DNA of 54,896 nt, filler included, from Jimgerdemannia flammicorona (Eukaryota), in NCBI GenBank assembly GCA_003990765.1. It is 3 parts of 3 records of this genome, joined end to end, with 100 filler letters (N's around TTAATTAATTAA, not from the genome) between each part and the next. Parts side by side here need not be neighbours in the genome. Positions count along the whole stretch, not along the records: positions 18,336 to 36,566 come from RBNJ01002255.1; positions 36,667 to 54,896 come from RBNJ01002256.1; 1 more part is not named here. One strand, 5' to 3'. The position numbers and the translations under genes were made by a program. The notes under the pieces were generated by a model, which saw only the letters and a program-made list of their open reading frames with translations, was not told the DNA's origin and searched no databases. Shown here one piece after another: positions 25,381 to 37,592 of this stretch (its first letter is position 1; the number at the start of each line of letters is the position of its first letter).

Positions 25381-26593
25381 AGAGCTATTCTTATACAACT
25401 TGAAATTCAATATAACTGAGATTTTGTCATTCTCCTCATTTTCTTCAGAGAGTCTAGCCAAATTATTTTCTACAACTTTTACAGTTATGCTGAGATTAGT
25501 GAAGAGCTCTGTGGATGATAAAAGAGGACTTATATACTCCTCCAGAAGGTTGTTAAGATTTCCTTTCCATGAAATAAGTAGTTCACTCTACTCTAGTTCT
25601 TGAGGTCTCCAATCAATAGTGTTATCATCTATAAGTAGAGTATATCTATAGAATTCTAAGGGTAGTAGACTCTTAGAGAGGGGCCTTAGAACAATGCAAT
25701 CAGACCTTAGAGAAACTGATCTGAGTTGTCCTCTAAAATGGAGTTCTAAAGGTCTTGAACCTCATCACTCTTGACCATAATAGTAGACAGAGCTTCTTCT
25801 GTAACTATTTCTTCAAGATGGTCTATATAGTGGCTTATCAGTTCTTATATATCTAAAACCTTGACATATTTTAAGTTGGGAATGGTCCAGAGTATATGTC
25901 TGAATATCTAGTAGACTTCTTAGCCAACTTCTGTTCATATTAATCTAGATATATAGTATCTATAATTTCTTGAGAGCTGGTCTATGAGAAGTCTTAGTGG
26001 AGATGATATCTCAACTCATATTTCTACTATATCTAGAGATACTCAGTAGTAGTAGAGATTTTTGTTTCTATTTTATAGTAGTTGAGGATATAGTAATATG
26101 GGTCTCTTGTAAAGAGGTTGGCTTAGAGTCTTTCTTGTATACATTCTTATAGCTCTTTTGATATTAGAGAATATTTAATATTGAACTAATAGACCTTAGT
26201 AGTTTCTTGATCTTACTGTTTAGTAGATAGCACACATTTTGTTTTATATTGAGTTTCTTATTTATAGATATATAATGTCTTGTACTTCTTTTTGATACTT
26301 CTTTTATAACCTAAGGGTCTTTTTCTTTAATCTAGAGAGTAGAGTCACCTGATTTAGAATAGTATACTACTGAGAATACTATGAGTCACAATGAGTTTAG
26401 ATGCAGATCATTTTCAAGCCAAGATGAGTCATAGTTGAGTCATAATTTATAACTGGAGACTTATGAAGTCTGGGCAGTCCCTGACTTCTGATGTCATCAG
26501 TTTCAAAGGTATCATTTTTTTTTTTTTTTTTATAGTCCCTTGGACTCCATCTTTATTACCAGTCTATGAATAAGTATACAATAACACCCCCCT

Positions 26594-29500
26594 CTACCCT
26601 ATCCCCATCATGGGACCCCTCCCCACCTCTTCATGTATAAAGACCACCCTCTCACCAACAACTCCAACTCTCCCACCACTCTGACCACAGATTTTCACCA
26701 CCAAGTGGCGCCTCCGACCCCCCTGCAGCCCCCAACCAAGCCACCAGCCTGTCAAGGTATCCTCCATAAGGCACTGCCACCATGATACCTGGCTCCCCAA
26801 GCCCTGTCGCCTCCCCTCCTCAAATACAAATAGCCAGTGACTGGCCAGCCCAACCCAAATAGCCAATGCCCAGCCTAGAGTAATCCACTCCTCCCCTACC
26901 CCTCCTATCAATCAATCCCTCAGATTCTCCCACCTCCCCCGTACATCATCACCCCTATGCCTTACCCCCAAGCAGTCCCCAATGGCCTGCCAAAAGTCAC
27001 CCAACACCTCACATTCCCCAAGCCAATGTTCTGGTATCTGTACAAATCCCCCTTCCTGCCCTACATTATGGCACTCCTCACAGTCAAAGTAGTCCCCTAC
27101 AACAAGGTGTCCTGAGTGGAAGTTAAGCATCACATTCCTTCTCAGTACATGCCACCAGACCACCCAGTACTTTGGCAGCATCCAATTTTTCACCATAGCA
27201 CTCTAGGTCCAAACCCCCTGCCAGTCCCACTCCTCACCAATTCCGACTCCTTGCCAACCACTTGGCCACAGATCCTGGCCTGGTCCCCTTTGGTATTCGA
27301 TTCCATCACCAATGTTGAACTCCAGTAAAGGCATGCCTCCTAGAAGAATGCCATCCCATCTCCATATCACCAGGCCCCAAGCCCTCTCCCCCTCATCCCC
27401 TTACCAGCGAATACCAATGCGGTATGCCCCCTCAGCTATCCCCTACCAGAAGCCTTTATATCGCAGTTGCCCAGTATTCTGAAGTCCAACTAATGAAAGA
27501 AGATCACCAGTCAAGCCTCTCAGTGATGTCCACCTCTCCCATACCATCTGCAGCAGGGGAACCCAGCCCCCTCCACACAACTCCACTGCCCTCCTAAGCC
27601 ACCATGCCCTCAAACAGTGTAGTCTTTTGGGGAAGTCCACCAGCCTAAGACCACCTCTCGCCACTGGTAGGGACAGCATCTCCCAACCAATCTGACTCTG
27701 TCTGCCAGCCCAAATCCATCCCTTGGCCACCTTCACCAATTACTTCACCACCCAGGCTGGGAAGTCCAGATGATAAGCCAAATACCACAGTTTTGGCAGC
27801 CAGTATACATTCAAAATCGAGACCCTTCCTGCCAGAGAGAAGTGTCTTCCCCCCCAACCCCACAGGTCCTCCTCCCAAATTCCAATCCTCTGCTCCCACC
27901 ACAGTCTAGACAGAACAGACCTATAAACTGACAAATATATACCCAAGTACCACACTGCCTCTCCGGTGGGGACAATTGTTCCAATAACCTCTCTGCCCAC
28001 CAGTCCATTGCCCAGTATCATCGTTTCGCACTTGTGCCAATTCAGCTTCACCCCAGAGTTCTCCTCATACCACTCCACTGTCTTTTTGAGCTCCTTGACA
28101 TCTGCAGTTACACCCAAACCAACCACCATGTCATCTGCAAAGGCTCCAACTTTCCAGCCAATTCTATAGATAGAAAGCCCCACAATCCTCCACTGAATTT
28201 GGTCTATTAGAGGCTCCAAGGAAAGTGCATACAGAATGGGGGACAGTGGGTCCCCCTGGGGCACTCCCCTACCCAGAGGGAATGCTACCCCTCTATGCCC
28301 ATTACACACAAGCGCAGCCCTACTCCTTTCCAGTAGACTGACCATCACCACCCAAAATGAGACTAGAACTCCAATCCTATCCAACACTTTCACCAGCCAG
28401 ACTCACCGTACCCGGTCATAAGCCTTCTCCTGGTCCAAGAAGACAAGACGCCCATCCAGTCCACAGGCTCGAGCACCTTCAATAACTCCATATACCCAGG
28501 TCGTGCCATCTTGAATAAGCTGACCCCCTATGAAGCCCCTCTGCTCAATACTCACAATTTGCTAGACCACCTTCTGCAGCCTTGCAACCACCACCTTAGT
28601 CACCAACTTTCTGTCCATATCTAGCAACATTATCAGCTGCCAGTTCTTCCAATCCTCTCGCCTTCCCTTGTTCTTATAAAGCAGTGTCACCAGCCCAAGA
28701 TCCTGCTCCCCCACCCATCTCCCTGACTGCAAAATGGAGTCACACAGTGCCATCAACTCTCCCAATATGCCCGGGACTCCAACCATTCTCTTCCAGAAGT
28801 CCCAGGGGAGGCCATCCTCCCCAGGCGCCATACCCAAGGCTGTCGCGGCAAGAACCTGGTGGATCTCGTCCTCCTTTACAGACATCATCAGGTCACCTAA
28901 TCCCTCAGCTCATGGAGGGTGCCAATCTTCTAATATTTGGTCAATGGCCATAGCATCTGCCCCACCCTCCTCCTCACTCCACAATCCACTCCATCATGCC
29001 TTTAGTGTTCCAAGGATATTCTGTACACCATGCACTAGTCTACCATCTGAGTTAAGTACCTCTTCCCACTGCTGCTGTACCCTCCTCACTCGAAGCGTCC
29101 TCATAAGAAACTTGGAAGGCCTCTCCCCTTCCTCCAGCCCCTGCCAACGAAGCCATGCCACCAGGCCTTACACCCTCGACTCTTCCTCTTCCTGCAGTAC
29201 CTGTTGTAGTTCCCCAACCTCCATCTTTATCCTTATTATTCTCCAATCCTCTTCTCCCTCCACTACTGCCAGACTCACCCACTCCTCCAGAAGCCTAGCC
29301 AATCTAGTAGAAGCCCAATGCACTCTCTGCCTTCGCTGCCTCCCAGCTACTCTGCCAGCCTCGCTCCAATATATCCTGGCCATCTCTTTCATCCTCCTCC
29401 ACCGAACCCCAATTGTGGCCCCTTCCTGCTGCCAATTTACCACCTTCATCTGAATGTCTTTTGCCCACTCCTTCCACTGGGACTCATCATCCAACAAGGA

Positions 29501-30250
29501 GGAATTTAGGTGCCAATGTCCAGGCCCATCACCACTTCCCCCAAAACACCCCTGTCCCAAAAGGCCCCAGTGATCGGACCACAGACACCATTCTACCTCT
29601 AGCACCTTCCAAACATCACGGCCCCAACAGTTGGCCATCAGAATCCAGTCAATCCTTGTCCCCAGACCTCCAGCCCAATGCATATATACCCTCCTGTCCC
29701 CCCAGTACTCCCTACCAGCATCCACCAGTGCTCCTAGTCTTTCAACCTCCTCCCATATTGCCAGCCCCCCACTCCTGCTCTCAGCACCTCATCCTCTATC
29801 AGTTCTATCCATCCATACATCCCAAACCATATTGAAATCTCCTCCAAGTATATCCAACCCAGCCTCAGCAAGGATTCCACTCTCCAGGAGCCCTTTCACC
29901 CAATCCACATGCTCCCCCCACACAGCAGGGCAGTAACAGGAGCCAACTGTAACTGGCTCCCAACCTGCATGAATCCACTCATCCCAGACCAGTCTCTCCC
30001 CCCAGCTCCTCACATTCTGTATCTCCCCTCTGCCTTTTCGAACCAGAATCCTGACCTTGCTGTTCCAAATCGCTATGCCACCCCATTCCCTAGTCCATTC
30101 CATCCTATCAGAATCATCCTCACACCTAACATCCTGCAAGAGGAAGAGATTGGCCTCCAATCCCTTCAACCAAATAAAAATGTTCCTGTGTCTAACTGTA
30201 TCCCTTAGCCCATTCACGTTCAAAGAAAAAATGTTGGTTGTACTATTCAT
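26594..30250 (-). pseudogene. LINE ORF2: APE endonuclease, RT and C-terminal CCHC (about 1218 aa, in-frame stops)
   Basis: All ORF pieces share one frame: SLNVNGL, ILGGDFN, RIDWIL, SDH, APGEDGLP, LDQEKAYDRV, GVPQGDPLSP, AFADD, YLGI, CEEC...H...C. Confidence 0.93.
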
Positions 30251-30280
30251 AATGAAATATGGTTTGTTTGTAATCAATCC

Positions 30281-32311
30281 CTACTGCTCCATGCCCATCT
30301 CCTCCTGTGCCATGTCCAGATTATGTTCAGCCATCACCTCCTCCTCTTCAGCCCTCTGAACCTCCAGTCCAGCCAACAGCTCATTCATCTCCTCATCAGC
30401 CTTCTCCTCAAACTCCTCTCTATACTCAATGCAAGCCTCCTGCCAAAGCTGCAACCCATGATGCCTGTTCCAACAGTACTCAGCCTTCTCCCCAGCGATA
30501 ACTGCCAACTCTGCCTCTCTCTCCTTGTCTACCTCATACCCTTCCTCCTCCAGATATACTACGAGAATTTCCACCTTCAGTGCCATCGCCACTCCTTCCC
30601 CCTGCAAAATTCTTGCCCAGTGCTCGTCACCCATCCCATGCAAGTCCACCTCCCCCAGCTCTTCTGCCACCAGGTTGTTTATCATCCGGCACATCCAAAG
30701 TAGGTTCCCCACCTCCTTCCCACCAGGGGTTGCCAGCCTCCCTCCGTCCAGCATCATAGTATCAGCCCCAGCACTCGTATCCTCATCCCACACCTCCAGG
30801 ACATCCACCAGTTCCTCCTCTCCAGCCGCCACTATCTGGTCCCCATCCATTACCTCCGGAATGCTGAATTTCACCTGCTGGGTCCCCAGCATCATCATGT
30901 CCTCCCCAGATTTGTTCCTAGAAGCCGGGCCACACCTAATGAGAGGAGAAGGGGTGGGGGAGTTCTCCCAGACTTCCTCCCAAACCTCCAAGATGCCATC
31001 TATATATGGGTTACTAATCGTCACCTCTTTTGCCTTCCCTGTCTTTGTCCCATCATTTCCACTCCTCTCACCAGCCCAGACACTTGCTCCAGCCCCTTCT
31101 GCACCTGTCGTTATGCTTGCACCCTTCTGTGGTCTACCTCCCAGTTTAGCCAGCAAATCCTTCTGCTACTTCTGCCCCTGAGCCCTTTCCCACTGCACCT
31201 TGTCTACATGAATCCTCTTTCCATCTACTCCCTCCAGGTGTGTTGACTCCTCGAAAGTCTTCCAGACCTTGGCATGCCGTTCCACAGCCCCATCCAGCTC
31301 CTCTAGCGCTTCCAACAAATCCTCCTCCTCTTTTTCACTTCCTTTCACCCGCATCACCTTGCACAGGAATGCACCCCAAACCATCGCTGAAGGCCAGTCC
31401 CTCGTCTTCCCAGTAGCCTCTTTTCTGGCCAGCCGAATCCTCACATCCATGTCCCCAGTCCTGAGTGTGGTCCCTTTCCAGACCCTGAATCCGATATCCA
31501 CTACCTCGCCATACTCCGCCGTGATATCCTCTACTCTCTTCCTCGTCTCTATCACCGTCACCATAGGGACCCCTTTCACCAGCAGTTGGACCACCCTTGG
31601 ATCCCATTTCAAACACCTCGCCATCGGAATACACACCTCTCCAACCACCAACCCAACCCTCAGTGCCTCCTCCAGTGGTTCGACCTCCTCAAAACCCACT
31701 TCCACCCCCTCCAGTCTCTTCAGGAACTTCACCAAAGCTGCTCCAGCCACCTGCTTAGCGATAAGCCCCAACACCATTTTTGCTGTCACTGCTAAGCCCC
31801 AGAAACACAGTGTGACTGCGAATGCCAAGATCAACTTCTTGAGTAACAGAGCCACTGCCAGTCCCGTTACACCATCTGCCAGATCTCTGGGCCTCGTGCC
31901 CTTCCCACCACTCGGCTCACCATCAGCAGTCCCATCTAGATTTTTTTCCAGATCGCCTGTCACACCCCCATCAGCAGTCCTCGCCCCAGCCACTACCCCC
32001 CCAGCTCCATCCCTATGGCCCTCCAGAGAGGTACCCCCAAGAGGTTGCTACCTGGTAGCCTTCACCGGTACCTTCCCCCCTCGCAGCCAGCTCTCCAGTC
32101 CAGCCCCTTACTGACCCCCCTTCACCTTCTCTGCAAAGCTCACCCTGCCAGACTCTTGACCTCCAGCTCCACCCCCTCCTCCACCATGGCCTCCCACCAG
32201 CAGGCCCCTCATACTTCCCCCCAAGCCAGGGCCTCTCCCCACTTGCTGCCATTCAAACGCTCCAGGGCCACCCTGCCCAGTATGCACCTCCGGATGCTCG
32301 TTGGTTGCTAT
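30281..32311 (-). pseudogene. LINE ORF1 (about 676 aa; RRM-like middle, acidic coiled-coil-like C-terminus)
   Basis: 31166-31993 and 30281-31156 are in one frame. The start is mutated to ATA at 32311, and (M)ATNEHPEVHTGQGGPGAFEW aligns with MVSNEQTGGQAGQGGSHAFDW at 54598. Confidence 0.85.
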
Positions 32312-33171
32312 AATACTAGTAGCTTTTCTCCAGAAACTGTGTCAAAAGTGTTGCCCAAAGATTGTGTAACCTGAATGTTACCAGAGAAAGATATTCAAAG
32401 GTATCATTATAATATATATATTATTTTACTATATACTTAGTATATTATATTTAATAAAGACTCTAACTTATATAAATACTCTCTATACTGATTATATTAT
32501 AATCTTAGCTCTGCTTTCTCTTCTCAAAAATAAAAAATTATTTTTATTAAAGAATTCCCAGATCTGACTTATTAATAATTCTAAGTCTAATCAACTTAGA
32601 ATACAAATATAGTATCTCTACTTAGTATAAGATCTTGAAAGTGATACTGAAACTATATCTCAGTAATAGATATTTGGAACTTAGTACTTTTCTTACAGAA
32701 CTTAGAACTTAGAGCTGATAGTCTATCTAAATTATATATTTACAATATATTAAATATATTAGCATATAGTTTTATTATAATTTAATAGTAGTGAAAGTTT
32801 CTTCTACCTCTCTCAAGAACTTACTACAAGTATAGATAACCTTATAAGAACTCAATTAGTATTACTAATACTAATAGTGATAGTTAAAGAATATCTTCAT
32901 CCTGACTACTCCTCAGAATCAAGCTAAATAAGCTAATAGAATTATCACTAAATAGACTAAAATCTATACCAACTAAGAGAAATTTAACAAACTCAACAAT
33001 AAGACTATATAAGAGTATTTAATATATTTATAATACTTAATAAAGAAGTCACTCATACCAAAGATATCAAAGAAGAGTTTAAAAGTTAATTAGTAGCTAC
33101 TTTTATAAGAAATATATAAGATCTATTAAAGTTATAAGTAAATATTTTCTAAATTTTCTCTCTGATGATAG

Positions 33172-34501
33172 TGTGACAAACCAAAATGTACCACCTGAAT
33201 TATATCTTAACTAGATGATGTGAACAATTAGCCAAGATGATATAAATACACAGCATAGTAACCAGTAACTATTGCTATGGAAAACTGTATAAATAGCCAG
33301 ACATATCAGAAAGGGTCTGTTTACCTATACAGACTCTGTATACTGTATAGACTCTGTATACTGTACAGGTCCTATACACCATACAGACTCTGTACACCTG
33401 CTATAAGTAGCAGATCTATAGTTAGTTACATAGCAACTAGATAGTAACCAACTTGTATAAATTACCCCAGAGACAAGAGTGAATAAACCTCAGTCCGAAA
33501 AGTTGAAGTAAACCAAAGAAGCCTCTAAAGATTGAGCATTGGTCTCTTTTCCCCACTCTGGTCCACTTTCTGATACAAAGATTGATTGGTTTGCTTGCCA
33601 GATAAGCCTGAAGAATTTGAGTTTGCCACCTAAGTTCAAGGAAGAACTTTACTGCCATTTTCCAGTTATCCACTGTATCCCTAGAGAGCCTGCCTTTCTT
33701 ACCACAAGCCAGTCTTTCTGATGTAACTTCACAGTAGAGCCAGTCTATGATGTAACCCTACACAAATGAAGCCAGTCTTTGATATAACTTGCCAAGAATC
33801 TGAGTTAATTCCCAGTTAAGCCGCCATTTTCAAGAAGTCCACCGATTCAGAAAGAATCTGCATCATCCACCATTTTCAAGTTATCTGCATTCCCAGAAGA
33901 ACCCACACCATTTGAGTAGTATTCTCAGTTGAAGCCAAATCCATGACATCCAAGTTATTCATCATTCTCAGTGAGCTCAATACAGAAGAAACTGCACCAT
34001 ACATTCTCAGTGAACCCGAGAAGAATCTGCCACCAGTATAATTCCCAGTAAGAAGAATCCGCGCCATCTTCTATTTCCAAACCACTACTTTTGGAAAATC
34101 CATGCCAAATCGAGTTATCCACCAAATTGCCAGATCATCATGTATAAGAAACCCATGCTACACAAAGATCATCATACTACACAAGAGATTATCATGCCAG
34201 AAATTATATACTTTTGGAGACTGCTATCACCCAGGAAGGAAACTACTCATACTACATACAAATTCTACCATTTCTAGTTGACCCAAGAAGGAAAGACACA
34301 AATCACTACTACACCCAGAGAACTATCCCAATAAGGAAACTGCTTACAGATATCCAGCTTTGATTATTATATCACTAAACACCAAGGACCTCAGGAATTT
34401 TAGAATATTTTGTTGCTTTTTGACAAAGTAACTAGGGGCTCAAGCCAAACTACATCAACTTCCAATCTTGTAATTTGCCTCCATTGAGCTGGCATGTTAC
34501 A
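33172..34501 (+). mobile_element. Solo LTR of another family (1330 bp)
   Basis: TGTGACA...TGTTACA termini, a 4-bp direct repeat ATAG on both sides (33168-33171, 34502-34505), TATAAATA at about 33288 and internal tandem AGACTCTGTATACTGTA repeats. GC content is higher than in the flanks. Confidence 0.65.
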
Positions 34502-34782
34502 ATAGCTACTATAAAGCCAAGGTCTTTCTAAACTATAAGAGATGTTAGACCAATTAGAGAAAATCCTACCTCTATCACTAAGTTCTCTATATAAGTAAAG
34601 ATAATCTAATACTAAGAACTATAGGTTATTAGACTCAGTAAAGCCCTTACTATATTATCTTGATCTAGGAGAGTAATTGAAAAAATATCTAAACCTAATA
34701 CTGATGGTCTTGATACTGTTACAAACATATTATCAAAAATATCAAGTCTATCTAAAATTACTATAGAAGATCTAGTAATAAT

Positions 34783-35095
34783 TAGTACTCTTAAACAAAT
34801 TGAATCAATTTAAATCAAATCAAATTGATAGTTATTTGAATCAAATTGAATTAAATTTAAATTAAATCAAAGGTCTGATTTAAACCCCATTTTTAGAAAT
34901 ATAATAACTTGATAAAAATATATTCAAATTTAATAATATTTAGCTTGTTAGATTTATCTTATATAGGAAATCTAATAAGCTAAGACTATTAAATTTAGAT
35001 ATATATATATATAGTTATTATATTTCAAAAAATAGAGTTCAAATTAAATTGAATTTAAATCAAATTCAATTCAATTTAATTTATTGAGAGTACTA
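34783..35095. mobile_element. Complete hAT-like palindromic MITE (313 bp), hypermutated
   Basis: TIRs TAGTACTC...GAGTACTA. The 8-bp flanks GTAATAAT and GCAGTAAC differ only by C>T/G>A, consistent with an 8-bp TSD. Subterminal AAATC/GAATT repeats and a central hairpin. Confidence 0.7.
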
Positions 35096-35590
35096 GCAGT
35101 AACTCTATCAAGATTATCAACTTACAATTTAGTTATAAAATTTATCCATCTTAGTGATATTATAGAAAAAACAACTATTATACTATGATACTAGTACTAT
35201 CTTTAAGATAACAGTATCTGAAGTAAGATCACTACTATTTTATTACTCAGATAATGAGAATATTGAAGTAATATCTATAGATAAAAGATAGTAGCTCTGA
35301 CTGACTAAGTAGCTATCCTTATCTAAGCTCTTTATATTAGTATTAAAGAAAACAAATCTATAAAAGATCTTCAATTTATACTATTTGAAGAAAAAGTAAA
35401 CCAAGTAACAGTATTCTTTAAATAAGTTAATACTAACTATTATGCTAATAGATAGAATGACTACTGTAACCCAGACAGCACTTTCATTAATAATGAGTAC
35501 TATGAAATTAAAGATCTCTATATAACTGTAGACTTATAAGTAGAGAAAGTTACTACTTATTTTATAGATACAGTTGCCCAGTAGTAGTAT

Positions 35591-36566
35591 TAGTACTCTG
35601 AATGAATTAAATTTATTCAAATAAGATTCAAATTAGATTTATCTCATGATCTAATCTAGATCAATCTGGATCAATTTAGATAAATGTGAATTTTTGAATT
35701 TGAATTTTTGATAATATTATCTCTTTTTTATACATATTTGAACATATTTAAATATATTTGACATACTATCTACCTTTGTATCTACTATCTTTATTACAAT
35801 ATCATATTCCTTCTTCTCCTCAGAGAGGTTATTACTTGATATATATACTACTCATTTCAGTATATTCTATCACTCACTTCAGTCATTCAATACTCACCTC
35901 ACATAAGATTATTACATAGAAATCACCTATATAAGGAATGCTTATGCTATATAAATCACTGCTATATTTAAAGAATTGTTCTAATAAGAAAATCACCAGA
36001 TTTACTTACAGATATCCAGCTTTGACTATTATATTACTAAATATTAACAAGGAATCTTAGAACATTTTATTACTTTATTATCTTAATTTATTACTCATTT
36101 TAACATATCTTGACTCATTACTTAATCCAATATATGTATCTCAACTCATCACTTATTTTAATATATCTTGACTTGTCATTTGTTCTAATATATCTTAACT
36201 CATCACTCATTCTAATATACCTCACTGCTTATTTTAGTCAGTAGAGAAGAAAAAAAGAAACAGAAGGTTTAGAGTTTTTAAAATTCTTCTTATTATATAT
36301 CTGAAATCTCACTCTATCTTCCTGTCTTTCAAAGCTTCTTTTTTTTAAGAAAAAGAGAGAGGGGGGGGTCTGATGCTTAATATATTCTCTACTACTTATT
36401 CTAGTATCTTCTATCACTTATTCAAACCATTCAATATTATCTTGACTTATTACTTACCCCTCTATATTACCTATTTCAACAGGTCTTGACTCATCACTTG
36501 TTTCAATATATCTTGACTCATCACTTATTCCAATATGTCTTACTACTTATTTCAGTCAGTAAAAAA
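35591..36566. repeat. MITE-family left terminus followed by solo-LTR-related sequence and 27-bp tandem repeats
   Basis: TAGTACTCTGAATGAA at 35591. CTTACAGATATCCAGCTTTGA is shared by 36005 and 34343. TCTTGACTCATCACTTATTCCAATATA-type repeats occur at about 36100-36230 and 36435-36545. Confidence 0.5.
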
Positions 36567-36666
36567 NNNNNNNNNNNNNNNNNNNNNNNNNNNNNNNNNN
36601 NNNNNNNNNNTTAATTAATTAANNNNNNNNNNNNNNNNNNNNNNNNNNNNNNNNNNNNNNNNNNNN
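36567..36666. other. Assembly gap with artificial linker
   Basis: 44 N + TTAATTAATTAA + 44 N. Confidence 0.97.
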
Positions 36667-36668
36667 AA

Positions 36669-37592
36669 GATGCTTCCTCACCCTGCTACAAACCCCTCTG
36701 AGAATTCCTACAAGTTGGTATAAAGCCCAACCTCTGAACTGGAATTTATCCTGAACTATCTGACAATCTGGAGAGAATTGAATCTGACGTACAAGGACAA
36801 TTTGACCTCTACACCTGCAATAAGTGGGACAAACTCCATTCTAAGAAAGAAGTACTCCGGTTAAACCAGCAAATAGGCGAAACCCTATTCACTGAACTCC
36901 TTGCTCTATACCCAGCAAGTCAAGATGAAGAAGGTCTTATTGAAGCCTTCTTTACCCTTCTCAACAAGAGTTTTGTCAGCTCCACAAATCCGAGCGATCT
37001 AGGACAACCAGCAGCAGTCTTTCTAGCCTTAGTTCCTCACGAAGCCCAAGCCTCTGTAGCCAAGTAGCTCAACTCTACCAACTTTCACCGTACCAGAACC
37101 AAGACTGCCTTATACTACCGATTCCAGAACAGCAAGGCCCGCCATATCCTCAAAGAAGAAGCAAGAGAAATCCTTCATCAACTACCTGACCCCGAACCTG
37201 AAGCAGGTCCTGCTACAGCCCTACCTGAATCTGAAACTAATACTGAACCTGAACTTGACTTTGAATTAAGCCCATCTGAAATCAGATATACAACTGATTC
37301 CATCTACTTTGATGCTGAGCAAACCCAATTACACAGAGACCAAACTGAAGAAGAGGAGGAGTATCTTACCGAATTCAATCCTGGATACACCACTGAAGGA
37401 GACACACACCCATCAGGACAGAATACACCTACACAGCAACAAACAGCTATCTATCAAGCCCTCACTCCAGATCTACAACTACTACTCCAGCAACTTACAC
37501 AGACCCAAAGAACCCTATCACACTCTGCACCAGTACCTCAAGTAGTACCAGTAACACTACTACCAGCAGTCCAACTACCTCTAGCAATCAAT
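36669..37592 (+). pseudogene. 308-codon Met-free frame contiguous with gag (putative N-terminal extension)
   Basis: In frame with ATG 37593. It has only three stops (2 TGA, 1 TAG), and the translation is protein-like: helical, then acidic, then Q/P-rich. Confidence 0.5.

Larger units (their letters stand above)
26517..32393 (-). mobile_element. Full-length L1/Tx1-like LINE (5.9 kb)
   Basis: 15-bp TSD TTCAAAGGTATCATT at 26502-26516 and 32394-32408, a poly(A) tail and two ORFs. Confidence 0.95.
26365..35590 (+). mobile_element. Probable third LTR family: 5' LTR of about 410 bp (26365-32668, split by a LINE) plus a degraded gag-like region
   Basis: The termini TACTACTGAG (26365) and CTCAGTAATA (32668) both revert by transitions to the inverted pair TGCTACTGAG/CTCAGTAGCA. 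TATAAATA and AATAAA lie inside and TTTGGAAC follows shortly after. Downstream A-rich coding-like sequence is interrupted by a solo LTR and a MITE. Confidence 0.45.

Noticed and set aside
28684..32374. Long Ser/Pro-rich plus-strand ORFs (239, 218, 281 aa and others)
   Set aside because: They are antisense shadows of the G-rich LINE ORFs.
36100..36545. CRISPR-like repeat array
   Set aside because: These are degenerate tandem repeats without unique spacers, in a eukaryotic TE context with no cas genes.
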